From the sequence record DRR723986_3511: a stretch of 33,010 nt of DNA. The stretch is one strand, 5' to 3'. Positions 8,508-17,386 of the stretch are shown in pieces; position 1 is the first letter of the stretch, and every line of letters begins with the position of its first letter. The notes under the pieces were generated by a model, which was not told the DNA's origin, did not search any database, and saw only the letters and a list, made by a program, of their open reading frames with translations. The position numbers and the translations under genes are program-made.

Positions 8508-10022
8508 ATGATTTTAGCTAAAAGCGTGAGTCTTACTATATTGATAGCCTTTGCCCTGAGTATGGGGTTTATTTTCTTATACAGCTTAGTTCAACTTAGC
8601 CTGATTGTTAGCTACCTGCGATCAAAAAAATCAATTGAGAAAAAAAAGAAAATCAACTTAGATGAACTACCAATAGTAACCGTTCAACTGCCTGTATATA
8701 ATGAACTCTATGTTGTAGAGCGATTAATAGAATGTGTCTGCTCTTTTGATTACCCAAAAGATAAATTAGAAATTCAGGTCCTTGATGATTCTACTGATGA
8801 GTCAATCGAAATCATAGCTAACAAAGTAAAGGTATACCAACTAGAAGGATTCGATATTCAGCACGTAAGACGTCCTGAACGTAAAGGATACAAGGCAGGA
8901 GCACTCAAATTTGGAACGGCCTTCTGTAAAGGCGAATTCATTGCAATTTTTGATGCTGATTTTTTACCAAACCGTGATTTCCTGCAAAAAGCACTGCCAC
9001 ATTTTACAGATGATGTTGGCGTAGTTCAATCTAAATGGGAATATACTAATGAGAATTATTCTTTTTTAACAAAAGTTCAAGCATTTGGCTTAAATGCCCA
9101 CTTTAGCATTGAACAGGTTGGAAGAAATCACGCTAATCATTTTATCAATTTTAACGGAACTGCCGGAATATGGCGAAAAACGTGTATAGAAGATGCAGGA
9201 GGATGGCAATCCGACACACTCACTGAGGACTTGGACCTTAGTTACCGTGCCCAATTAAAAGACTGGAAATTCATTTATCTCGAAAATTTAGGCTCACCTT
9301 CAGAACTCCCGGTAGAAATTAACGCACTCAAAGCTCAACAATTTAGATGGACCAAAGGGGCAGCTGAATGTGTGCGAAAAAATCTATTTAAAGTATTGAA
9401 AGCAAAAAATGTAAGCTTTAAATCTAAGATTCACGCCACCTTTCATTTAATGAATAGTTCAATATTCATTTTTATCCTTTTGATGTCTTTGTTGAGTTTG
9501 CCTTTAATAATTATCAAACCGCTATATGAAGAATACGATTTTATTTTAAAGTTGAGCTCTTTATTTATGCTCTCATGGCTAATCTTAGCAATATTTTATT
9601 GGGTATCTTACAGCTACGACAGAAAAAACAAACGCTCTTTGATGGGTAGTTTCATTTGGAAATTCCCGCTCTTTTTAAGTATATCTATGGGATTAGGATT
9701 GCACAACGCTTTGGCCGTTTTTGAAGGATATATTGGAAAAAAAAGCCCCTTCGTCAGAACGCCTAAATTCAACATTCAAGATAAATCTGATAAATGGGAG
9801 TCCAATAAATACAATGTAAAAAAGATAGGAATCATGACATATCTTGAAGGTATGCTACTCTGTTATTTTATCTATGTATTCAAAGTAGCCATTGAATATG
9901 GAGATTTTGGAATGATGCCGCTTCTAATATTTTTAATCGCTGGCTATGGAATTGTATTTATAAGTTCTATCTTTCACTGGAAAAGATCCTCTAAAACAGT
10001 AAGCTATGAACAAGCTTATTAA
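8508..10022 (+). CDS. Processive GT2 glycosyltransferase, cellulose-synthase-like (CslA/CslC-like)
   Basis: QLPVYNE, VLDDSTD, GYKAGAL, FDADF, FNGTAGIWR, TEDLDL and QQFRW (D,D,D,QxxRW) plus N- and C-terminal TM helices. True start may be GTG 8526. Confidence 0.9.
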   Translation: MILAKSVSLTILIAFALSMGFIFLYSLVQLSLIVSYLRSKKSIEKKKKINLDELPIVTVQLPVYNELYVVERLIECVCSFDYPKDKLEIQVLDDSTDESIEIIANKVKVYQLEGFDIQHVRRPERKGYKAGALKFGTAFCKGEFIAIFDADFLPNRDFLQKALPHFTDDVGVVQSKWEYTNENYSFLTKVQAFGLNAHFSIEQVGRNHANHFINFNGTAGIWRKTCIEDAGGWQSDTLTEDLDLSYRAQLKDWKFIYLENLGSPSELPVEINALKAQQFRWTKGAAECVRKNLFKVLKAKNVSFKSKIHATFHLMNSSIFIFILLMSLLSLPLIIIKPLYEEYDFILKLSSLFMLSWLILAIFYWVSYSYDRKNKRSLMGSFIWKFPLFLSISMGLGLHNALAVFEGYIGKKSPFVRTPKFNIQDKSDKWESNKYNVKKIGIMTYLEGMLLCYFIYVFKVAIEYGDFGMMPLLIFLIAGYGIVFISSIFHWKRSSKTVSYEQAY

Positions 10023-10449
10023 CTACTTAATTATACTTCTTTGCGTATTCACTTTAAGTTCGAATACCAACAAGGATCATTGTACTCTTTCAGTTGAGCT
10101 TAGTAATTTTAGAAATTCGAAAGGTAAACTTTATATTTTTCTATATAATTATAAAAATCAGTTCCCTGACAATCCCTATAAATACTACGAAGTAGACAAG
10201 TCAAATGTTCGAAACAATCGTCTTTTGGTCAATATCCCAAATATGCCTAAAGGTCAATATGCCATTTCAATCCTAGATGATGAAAACGAAAATGACGACT
10301 TAGACAGGTTTTTAGGAATACCAACTGAAGGCTACGGTTTTTCAAATAATGTCAAACCTTTTTTATCATTGCCCAATTATGAAGACTTATTGTTTAACTT
10401 AGACAATGAACGCACTAAGCTAAAACTTACCTTACAATACGCTCTATGA
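10006..10449 (+). CDS. DUF2141 domain secreted protein
   Basis: Signal peptide; RNSKGKL, GQYAISILDDENEND-LD-FLGIPTEGYGFSNN...P.YED. Confidence 0.85.
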   Translation: MNKLINYLIILLCVFTLSSNTNKDHCTLSVELSNFRNSKGKLYIFLYNYKNQFPDNPYKYYEVDKSNVRNNRLLVNIPNMPKGQYAISILDDENENDDLDRFLGIPTEGYGFSNNVKPFLSLPNYEDLLFNLDNERTKLKLTLQYAL

Positions 10450-12050
10450 AAACTCTAGTACTAATGATTCTTGTTTGCGCTATAAAGTTGGGTTATTCGC
10501 AGGAATTTGATTTTTTTACGGCTGCAAATAATTTCTTGTCCACTCATGTCAAAGCGGGGAAAGTTGATTATAAAAGCATAAAGGATCAACCCTCAGAATT
10601 AAATGCATTAACTGATTTTATCGCCTCTTATGAATGGAGTAAGGAAGAGGAAAAAGCATATTTAATTAATGTATATAATCTAAATGTCATTGCAAAGGTA
10701 GTTGAGAACTATCCTATCTCCTCTCCCATGGATGTTGCATCCTTTTTTGAAAAAAAAGATGTGATATTAAATGGTGACAAAACCTCATTAGACGCGATTG
10801 AGAACAAAATATTGCGCCCAACCTATAATGATCCTAGATTTCATTTTTCATTGGTTTGCGGAGCCTTGGGCTGTCCCGTATTAAGAGCTGAAGCCTATCT
10901 ACCTAATAAATTAGACGAGCAATTAGAAGAACAGACTGTTCTGGCCCTGAACAACAGGGCTTTTGTTTGGCAAGACGCAAGTTATGATGCAACCTATATT
11001 TCAGAAATATTCATTTGGTATAAGGAAGATTTTGGAGGATCCAACAAAACCATATTTGAATACATCAACAAATACAGTAAAGATGAGTTTAGAGCTGATT
11101 TTCCAATACAAACCTACGACTACGACTGGAGCTTGAATGATCAAGCAACCAAACCGGTTGTTAGTACTGAAAACATCCCTGCAAAAAACAATGATGAATT
11201 CAACCTGCAAACTTTTACGGCAGGCTCGTTATTGGGCAAAGGGAAATTTGACTTTACATTATTCAACACCCTTTACACACAGAACAAGGACAATTGGCTA
11301 GGAGTAAATTACTCTGGTTACCGCTCTACCTTTGTTACGCATCTGGTTCAGGTAACTTATGGTATCAACAAATCGAAAAGAATTAATATCGGGATAGACC
11401 TGAACATTAAAAACTCTGGTTTTTCAAACGATTCGACATTTGCAGGCATTGGAGAAGCGTTCAAGTATCAAAACTCACCAACTTCAAGATTTGGATTAAC
11501 TGCCGTTGGTTTAAGAGTGAAAATTCAACCTTTTAAATCCGTAAAAAACTTTTCAATTCAATCAACCCTTCAAGCCCCGACTATCAGAAATGCAGAGGGT
11601 GTGAATTTTGGAAACGGCAACCCAGACAACCTTTTTTGGGCAGAATGGGACAGAATTGTGTGGTGGAATCAATTTTTCTTTGATAAAACATGGGGTAAAA
11701 TCCAGCTTTTTGCAGAAGCAGATTTACTTTTTAGATTCAAGAAATACAAAAATCAAATTGGAATGTTAGATATTCCTATGAACATTTTCTTGAGCTATTT
11801 CCCAACAAAAAAAATTACCATCTATGCCATGACCCAGCACGTTCCTAGGTACACTAACAATATTAATCCGCAAGATCCTGTTGTAACAGATTTCGTTATC
11901 CCAGCAAATTATACGGCTTCAGGACTAGGCTTTAAATATCAAGTTATGCAAGGACTAAACCTTGAATTGTTATACACTAACTTTTGGAGAGGAAAAAATT
12001 CTGGTCTAGGTAGCACTTACAATTTAGGAATTAAGTATGTAATGAACTAA
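10446..12050 (+). CDS. DUF547 domain fused to a C-terminal putative beta-barrel
   Basis: AYLINVYN, SLDAIENKILR, DPRFHFSLVCGALGCP, SEIFIWYKEDF and YDWSLN form DUF547. A linker and ~290 aa of beta-strand-rich sequence follow, ending STYNLGIKYVMN. Confidence 0.8.
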   Translation: MKTLVLMILVCAIKLGYSQEFDFFTAANNFLSTHVKAGKVDYKSIKDQPSELNALTDFIASYEWSKEEEKAYLINVYNLNVIAKVVENYPISSPMDVASFFEKKDVILNGDKTSLDAIENKILRPTYNDPRFHFSLVCGALGCPVLRAEAYLPNKLDEQLEEQTVLALNNRAFVWQDASYDATYISEIFIWYKEDFGGSNKTIFEYINKYSKDEFRADFPIQTYDYDWSLNDQATKPVVSTENIPAKNNDEFNLQTFTAGSLLGKGKFDFTLFNTLYTQNKDNWLGVNYSGYRSTFVTHLVQVTYGINKSKRINIGIDLNIKNSGFSNDSTFAGIGEAFKYQNSPTSRFGLTAVGLRVKIQPFKSVKNFSIQSTLQAPTIRNAEGVNFGNGNPDNLFWAEWDRIVWWNQFFFDKTWGKIQLFAEADLLFRFKKYKNQIGMLDIPMNIFLSYFPTKKITIYAMTQHVPRYTNNINPQDPVVTDFVIPANYTASGLGFKYQVMQGLNLELLYTNFWRGKNSGLGSTYNLGIKYVMN

Positions 12051-12051
12051 A

Positions 12052-13317
12052 GTGAAAAGGTTGCACATCATATTATTGGGAGCATTCCTATTTTTAAATG
12101 TAACTAACTCACATGCAGAACTCATCACTAAAATTTCGTTCACCGGATTAACAAAAACTAAAGTATCCTACCTCATCAATCAAATTAAAAGCGCGGTTGG
12201 ACAAGAGTATCAACCTGAAGTGGTTTTTGAAGATGAGCAAATCATTAGAAATCTAAATCTATTTTTTAGAGTTAATAGTGAAACGGTAAAAAATGAGGCT
12301 ACAAACGGATGGGAAATTACCTTCATAGTTCAAGAAGCCAAGTACCTCTACCCTATCTTTTCAGTATCAGGATTTAAAAGTCAATTTAAACTGCAAGCGG
12401 GATTCAATCAAATTAATTTCAGAGGCAAAGGCGAGAATATCGGACTTGTTTATCAGTATTATGACCGCCACTCCATATCAGGTTTTTACAATGTTTTGAG
12501 ACACTCAAACGGTAAAACTGGACATGACATTGCATTAACTAAATATTCTACAATTGAACCACTGTATTTTGAAGACACAACGGCCGAATTTAATTTTGAC
12601 AATTACAATGTATCACTTGGAGGACATTACTGGTTAAGAAAAAAACTCAGATTAGGTCTAGGCGGTATGTACATGTACGAAGAATACAAACAATTGGACA
12701 CTGGTGCTTTTGATTTAGGAATGATAGAGTTTTCGTTTCACAAATACCAAGTAAGATCCTTTATTGAATATGATGCCATTAATCAAGATTTCGAATTTCA
12801 AACAGGTTTCAGAAACAGATCCTACCTTGAGACGATTCAAACCATTGAAGACAATGCACCTAGCTTCGTGAAATTTACCAATGATATTTATTGGTATAAA
12901 AAAATCCGTCAACGAGGAAATCTTGCTGTGCATAATAGAATCGGTATCAGCACGAATAACTTCTCGCCTTTTTCACCTTTTGTTTTAGATGGATTCGTTA
13001 ACGTAAGAGGAGTCGGAAACCGTGTTTCAAGAGGTACAGCAGAATTGATTACTAATATTGAGTATCGCCACAGCATATGGCGACATAAGTGGTTTATTTT
13101 GCAAGCTGTAGTTTTTAGTGATTTGGGTACTTTAAGACAACCTGGAGCAAGTATTGAAAGCATGTTCAATCACCGCGAACTCAACCTGTTTTTAGGTTCT
13201 GGTCTACGGTTACATTCCCAACTTTTTTACAAAGTGATCTTTCGAGTAGACTATTCAATTAATCCCGTAAATCCGAATATCCACGGTTTTACCTTTGGGG
13301 TTGGTCAATTCTTTTAA
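12052..13317 (+). CDS. POTRA-domain Omp85/BamA-TamA-superfamily outer-membrane protein
   Basis: GTG start, signal peptide, one POTRA (ITKISFTGLTKTK...IRNLNLF...VQE), N-FRGKG, NVRG loop motif and C-terminal FGVGQFF. Confidence 0.8.
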   Translation: MKRLHIILLGAFLFLNVTNSHAELITKISFTGLTKTKVSYLINQIKSAVGQEYQPEVVFEDEQIIRNLNLFFRVNSETVKNEATNGWEITFIVQEAKYLYPIFSVSGFKSQFKLQAGFNQINFRGKGENIGLVYQYYDRHSISGFYNVLRHSNGKTGHDIALTKYSTIEPLYFEDTTAEFNFDNYNVSLGGHYWLRKKLRLGLGGMYMYEEYKQLDTGAFDLGMIEFSFHKYQVRSFIEYDAINQDFEFQTGFRNRSYLETIQTIEDNAPSFVKFTNDIYWYKKIRQRGNLAVHNRIGISTNNFSPFSPFVLDGFVNVRGVGNRVSRGTAELITNIEYRHSIWRHKWFILQAVVFSDLGTLRQPGASIESMFNHRELNLFLGSGLRLHSQLFYKVIFRVDYSINPVNPNIHGFTFGVGQFF

Positions 13318-13347
13318 AAGTCCTCACTATTTTTAAGCCTTAATATG

Positions 13348-13355
13348 TACCTTTG
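13348..13355 (+). promoter_or_regulatory. -7 promoter element for pheT
   Basis: TACCTTTG, 23 nt upstream of the ATG. Confidence 0.65.
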
Positions 13356-13378
13356 AAGGTCTAAAATTTAAGCACAAA

Positions 13379-15805
13379 ATGAAAATCTCCCTTAATTGGT
13401 TGAAAGACTATATTCAGACTGACCTTGAACCAAAGCGAATTTGTGAAATCCTAACCGATACAGGGTTGGAGGTTGAAGGATTAGAGAAAATTGAAACCAT
13501 AAAGGGAGGCCTCGAAGGTGTGGTTATCGGACATGTGTTGAGCAAAGAAAAACATCCAGATGCCGACCGTCTAAACATCACAATTGTGGACGTTGGAGCC
13601 GAAGAGACCTTGCAAATTGTTTGTGGAGCTCCAAATGTGGAAAAAGGACAAAAGGTAGCAGTGGCAACAGTAGGAACTACTCTCTATCCTTCTCCCGAAG
13701 AGGAATTTAAAATTAAAAAATCTAAAATTAGAGGAGTTGAATCATTTGGGATGATTTGCGCCGAAGATGAATTGGGCCTAGGTGAATCACATGATGGTAT
13801 AATGATTTTAGATCAAGATACACAAGTAGGTCTTGCCGCTAAGGATTACTTCAAAATTGAGGATGATTACTTAATTGAAATTGGATTAACTCCTAACCGA
13901 TCTGATGCTATGGGACATCTCGGTGTTGCCAGAGATTTAAAAGCATATCTAAACTATCATGAAAAGGCAGGCATTCAAATTAATCTGCCTGAAACATCCT
14001 TACTGGTAACAGGAGAGCAATCGGTTCAAATTAAAATTGATAATGCAGAACTATGTCCTCGTTATGCGGGGGCTGTAATCACGAATGTAAAAGTTGAAGC
14101 TTCACCAGATTGGTTACAAAATAGATTAAGAGCTATAGGTTTATCCCCTATCAACAATCTAGTTGATATCACTAATTATGTAATGCACGAAACGGGAAGC
14201 CCGTTGCATGCTTTTGATTTGAATGATGTCAATGGTGAGATAATTGTTAGAACTGCCGATAATGGTGAAAAAATTGTAACGCTTGACGAAGTAGAGAGAG
14301 AACTAGATACTGAAGATTTGTTAATCTGTAACAGCACCGGTCCAATGTGTATTGCAGGAACTTTTGGAGGCATACAATCGGGTGTAAAAGAATCAACTAC
14401 TTCCATATTCTTAGAAGCAGCCTACTTCAACCCAGTATCTGTAAGAAAAACAGCTAAAAGACACGGTTTAAATACCGACTCTTCATTCAGATTCGAAAGA
14501 GGTGTTGACCCCAATAACGTGCTATTTGCGAGAGATCGAGCTATTCATCTAATTTTAGAAATTGCCGGAGGGACCCTAGGGCAACTTGAAGATCATTATC
14601 CTCGAGAAATAAAACCAACTGAAGTTACCTTCAATGCTGATCGTAGCAGACAACATATGGGAGTTAACATTTCGAATGAGGATATTGATTTTATATTGAA
14701 AGAGCTAGATATCAAGGTGATTTCTGAGGGGGAAGAAAGCGTCATCTATCAAGTCCCAACATATCGAGTAGATGTAACTCGAGAAGCCGATATTACAGAA
14801 GAAGTTTTGCGCATTTATGGTTTTAATAATGTTCCGATTCCTGAAAAACTGAATACATCTATCACCTTCAGACAAAAACCTGATGAAGAAAAGTTGTACA
14901 ATATCACTGCGAACTTTTTGGCAGACAGAGGATTCAATGAGATCATGAATAATTCCTTGTCTTCATCTTCAATCTGGCATAAGATCAAATCAAACTCGTA
15001 TGACCCAAAAAGAGACATTACTTTACTCAATCCCTTATCAAATGAATTGGATGTCATGCGTCAAACGCTTTTATTTGGCGGTCTAAAAAGTATTGAACAC
15101 AACCAAAACAGACAACATCCAAATTTAAAATTCTTTGAATTTGGAAACGATTACCGCAAAGGAACTGATGAATATGCTCAACGCAAGAAACTAAATATTT
15201 GGGTAACTGGTTCTAAAGAGCAAGAGAACTGGGCAAATTCTAAAGATAAATCCGATTTCTTTTTTCTAAAAGGAATCGTTATCGCAGTATTAGAAAAAAT
15301 AGGAATCTATAAAAATCCTATTTCAGCAGCCTTATTAAACGACTTGTTTGAAGATGGATACAATATTGCGATTGCTAAAAAATCAATTGTGGATTTAGGA
15401 TGGGTGCGAAAAGATATCCTAAAAGAATTTGGAATTAAGAATGACGTTTTTTACGCCAGTTTTGATTGGAGCGTTATAACTGACATTGTTGTCATCAACA
15501 AAATCAGTGCTAAACCAATCCCTAAAACTCACTTCGCTCGAAGGGATTTTTCGTTGTTACTCAATAAAGATGTTAAGTTTTCTGAGATTCAAGCCTTAGC
15601 CAAAATGGTAGATAAAAAAATCTTGAAAGAAGTTGGTTTATTTGATGTGTACGAAGGAAAGAATTTACCTAAAAATAAGAAGTCTTACGCAGTAAACTTT
15701 ATTTTTCAAGACGGCGAAAAGACTTTAAAGGATGCTCAAATTGATGCAATCATGCAAAACATCAGAAAAAAGTTAGAAACAGAGCTCGGAGCAGAATTAA
15801 GGTAA
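13379..15805 (+). CDS. pheT: Phenylalanine--tRNA ligase beta subunit
   Basis: MKISLNWLKDY, HPDADRL, IVCGAPNV, TPNRSD, SSFRFERGVD and a C-terminal FDX-ACB domain. Confidence 0.97.
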   Translation: MKISLNWLKDYIQTDLEPKRICEILTDTGLEVEGLEKIETIKGGLEGVVIGHVLSKEKHPDADRLNITIVDVGAEETLQIVCGAPNVEKGQKVAVATVGTTLYPSPEEEFKIKKSKIRGVESFGMICAEDELGLGESHDGIMILDQDTQVGLAAKDYFKIEDDYLIEIGLTPNRSDAMGHLGVARDLKAYLNYHEKAGIQINLPETSLLVTGEQSVQIKIDNAELCPRYAGAVITNVKVEASPDWLQNRLRAIGLSPINNLVDITNYVMHETGSPLHAFDLNDVNGEIIVRTADNGEKIVTLDEVERELDTEDLLICNSTGPMCIAGTFGGIQSGVKESTTSIFLEAAYFNPVSVRKTAKRHGLNTDSSFRFERGVDPNNVLFARDRAIHLILEIAGGTLGQLEDHYPREIKPTEVTFNADRSRQHMGVNISNEDIDFILKELDIKVISEGEESVIYQVPTYRVDVTREADITEEVLRIYGFNNVPIPEKLNTSITFRQKPDEEKLYNITANFLADRGFNEIMNNSLSSSSIWHKIKSNSYDPKRDITLLNPLSNELDVMRQTLLFGGLKSIEHNQNRQHPNLKFFEFGNDYRKGTDEYAQRKKLNIWVTGSKEQENWANSKDKSDFFFLKGIVIAVLEKIGIYKNPISAALLNDLFEDGYNIAIAKKSIVDLGWVRKDILKEFGIKNDVFYASFDWSVITDIVVINKISAKPIPKTHFARRDFSLLLNKDVKFSEIQALAKMVDKKILKEVGLFDVYEGKNLPKNKKSYAVNFIFQDGEKTLKDAQIDAIMQNIRKKLETELGAELR

Positions 15806-15832
15806 GTCCGATCACATTTCATTGATAATTTT

Positions 15833-15864
15833 TAGGCTTTGGTTGAACCAAGGCCTATTTTTTT
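15833..15864 (+). terminator. Rho-independent terminator after pheT
   Basis: TAGGCTTTGG-TTGAA-CCAAGGCCTA stem (one G-U) followed by T7. Confidence 0.8.
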
Positions 15865-15911
15865 GTTTGAACGAAAGATTATATCTAGCTTTGACCGAAC
15901 GTTCAATCAAA
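15862..15911 (+). promoter_or_regulatory. Promoter and TetR operator for the tetR-ABC operon
   Basis: TTTG (15862-15865), 20-nt spacer, TAGCTTTG (15886-15893). Overlapped by the imperfect palindrome TTTGACCGAACGTTCAATCAAA (15890-15911). Confidence 0.75.
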
Positions 15912-15916
15912 AATTT

Positions 15917-16504
15917 ATGTCACCAAGATCTTCAAAACAATTCGAAACGATTAGAGCGAATAAAATGAAGCTAATTCTTGATGCCGCATTAAATATATTT
16001 GCAACTGATGGTTATCATTCAGCCACCATTTCAAAAATCAGTACGGAAGCAGGAATATCTAAGGGCCTAATGTATAATTACTTCTCCAGCAAAGAAGAGC
16101 TTTTGAATATCCTTTTAGGAGAATTATTTGATTCAGAAATGGAGAGCATCACCACTCTAATTAAAGGGCCTTTCAACGAAGAAACCTTTATTATAATGGT
16201 GAAAAAAGGGACTGAAATCCTAAAAAAGAGACCAAAACAATGGATGCTCTACTTCAGCATGTCTACACAACCTGAAGTACTTAAAATTATTGAATCCAAG
16301 TTCTCTGAAGAGAGAATCCTGTTTATGACAAATATTCTTCAATACTTTAAGGACAAAGGTTGTAAAAATCCAGAATTAGAAATGCAGTTTTTTAATGTAA
16401 CAATGACTGGTTTTAAGCTATCATATATCATGAGTCCTAATCATTTCCCTGTAGATGAAATAGAAGAGAAAATTATCAATCAATTTATTAAAAGAGAATC
16501 ATGA
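15917..16504 (+). CDS. TetR/AcrR family transcriptional regulator
   Basis: ILDAALNIFATDGYHSATISKISTEAGISKGLMYNYFSSKEELL HTH. Start set at ATG 15917, downstream of the promoter. Confidence 0.93.
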   Translation: MSPRSSKQFETIRANKMKLILDAALNIFATDGYHSATISKISTEAGISKGLMYNYFSSKEELLNILLGELFDSEMESITTLIKGPFNEETFIIMVKKGTEILKKRPKQWMLYFSMSTQPEVLKIIESKFSEERILFMTNILQYFKDKGCKNPELEMQFFNVTMTGFKLSYIMSPNHFPVDEIEEKIINQFIKRES

Positions 16505-17376
16505 AAGCTATTAAAGTTGAAAAATTAAATAAGCATTACGGCGATTTTCATGCGCTTAAAGATGTGAGTTTTGAAATAGACAAAGGAGAAGTATTTGGTT
16601 TTATAGGACCAAATGGGGCTGGAAAATCTACGGCTATCAGAGCTCTATTAGGATTAATTCAAACCTCATCAGGAACAGCCAAAATTCTTGGGCATGATAT
16701 TCAACTTGAAGGAAAACTCATAAGATCGAAAATTGGCTACCTTCCTTCTGAAGTTCATTACTATGATGAAATGACTTCGAGGGAGCTTCTTGAGTATTCT
16801 GCCAATTTTTACACAACTTCTGACACCTCTAAAATTGATGAACTTGCCGAGTATTTTGAACTCGACCTGAGTAAAAAGATAAACGATCTATCATTTGGAA
16901 ATAAGAAGAAGTGCGCTATTATTCAGTGTTTTCTTCACAATCCAGAATTACTAATTCTAGATGAACCCACTTCAGGCCTGGATCCACTAATGCAAAACCG
17001 GTTTTTTGATTTGCTAGAAACAGAAAACAAGAAGGGTACAACTATATTTTTCAGTTCACATATTTTATCTGAAATCCAACGGATGTGCAATCGAGCAGCC
17101 GTCATTAAAGAAGGTGAAATCATTGCAGTAGAGGAAATTCAATCCTTACTGCAAAAGCAAATGAAAAAGGTCAGAGTAGTTTTTAAAGATTCACCTATAG
17201 AAAAAACATTACCCTTGGGTAGTCAACACGAAAAATGGAATGAGAACAAACTAAGTTTCGAATATGTTGGGCCAATTTCAGATTTAATCTCCTGGCTAAA
17301 TCAACACGACTTACATGACACGGTTCTTCAAGAGCCTGATCTAGACTCAATTTTTATGAATTATTACGAAAGATAA
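16501..17376 (+). CDS. ABC-2 type exporter ATP-binding protein
   Basis: Walker A GPNGAGKS, signature LSFGNKKK, Walker B LILDEPTSGLDP and SSH. Confidence 0.93.
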   Translation: MKAIKVEKLNKHYGDFHALKDVSFEIDKGEVFGFIGPNGAGKSTAIRALLGLIQTSSGTAKILGHDIQLEGKLIRSKIGYLPSEVHYYDEMTSRELLEYSANFYTTSDTSKIDELAEYFELDLSKKINDLSFGNKKKCAIIQCFLHNPELLILDEPTSGLDPLMQNRFFDLLETENKKGTTIFFSSHILSEIQRMCNRAAVIKEGEIIAVEEIQSLLQKQMKKVRVVFKDSPIEKTLPLGSQHEKWNENKLSFEYVGPISDLISWLNQHDLHDTVLQEPDLDSIFMNYYER

Positions 17377-17386
17377 ATCAAACAAG

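Noticed and set aside
10440-10449. Selenocysteine read-through at TGA stops (DUF2141, TetR and others)
   Set aside because: The TGAs fall at expected protein ends, often in ATGA couplings, with no evident SECIS-like hairpin or Cys-equivalent position.
13379-15805. pheT without adjacent pheS
   Set aside because: Separation of pheS and pheT is normal in Bacteroidota.
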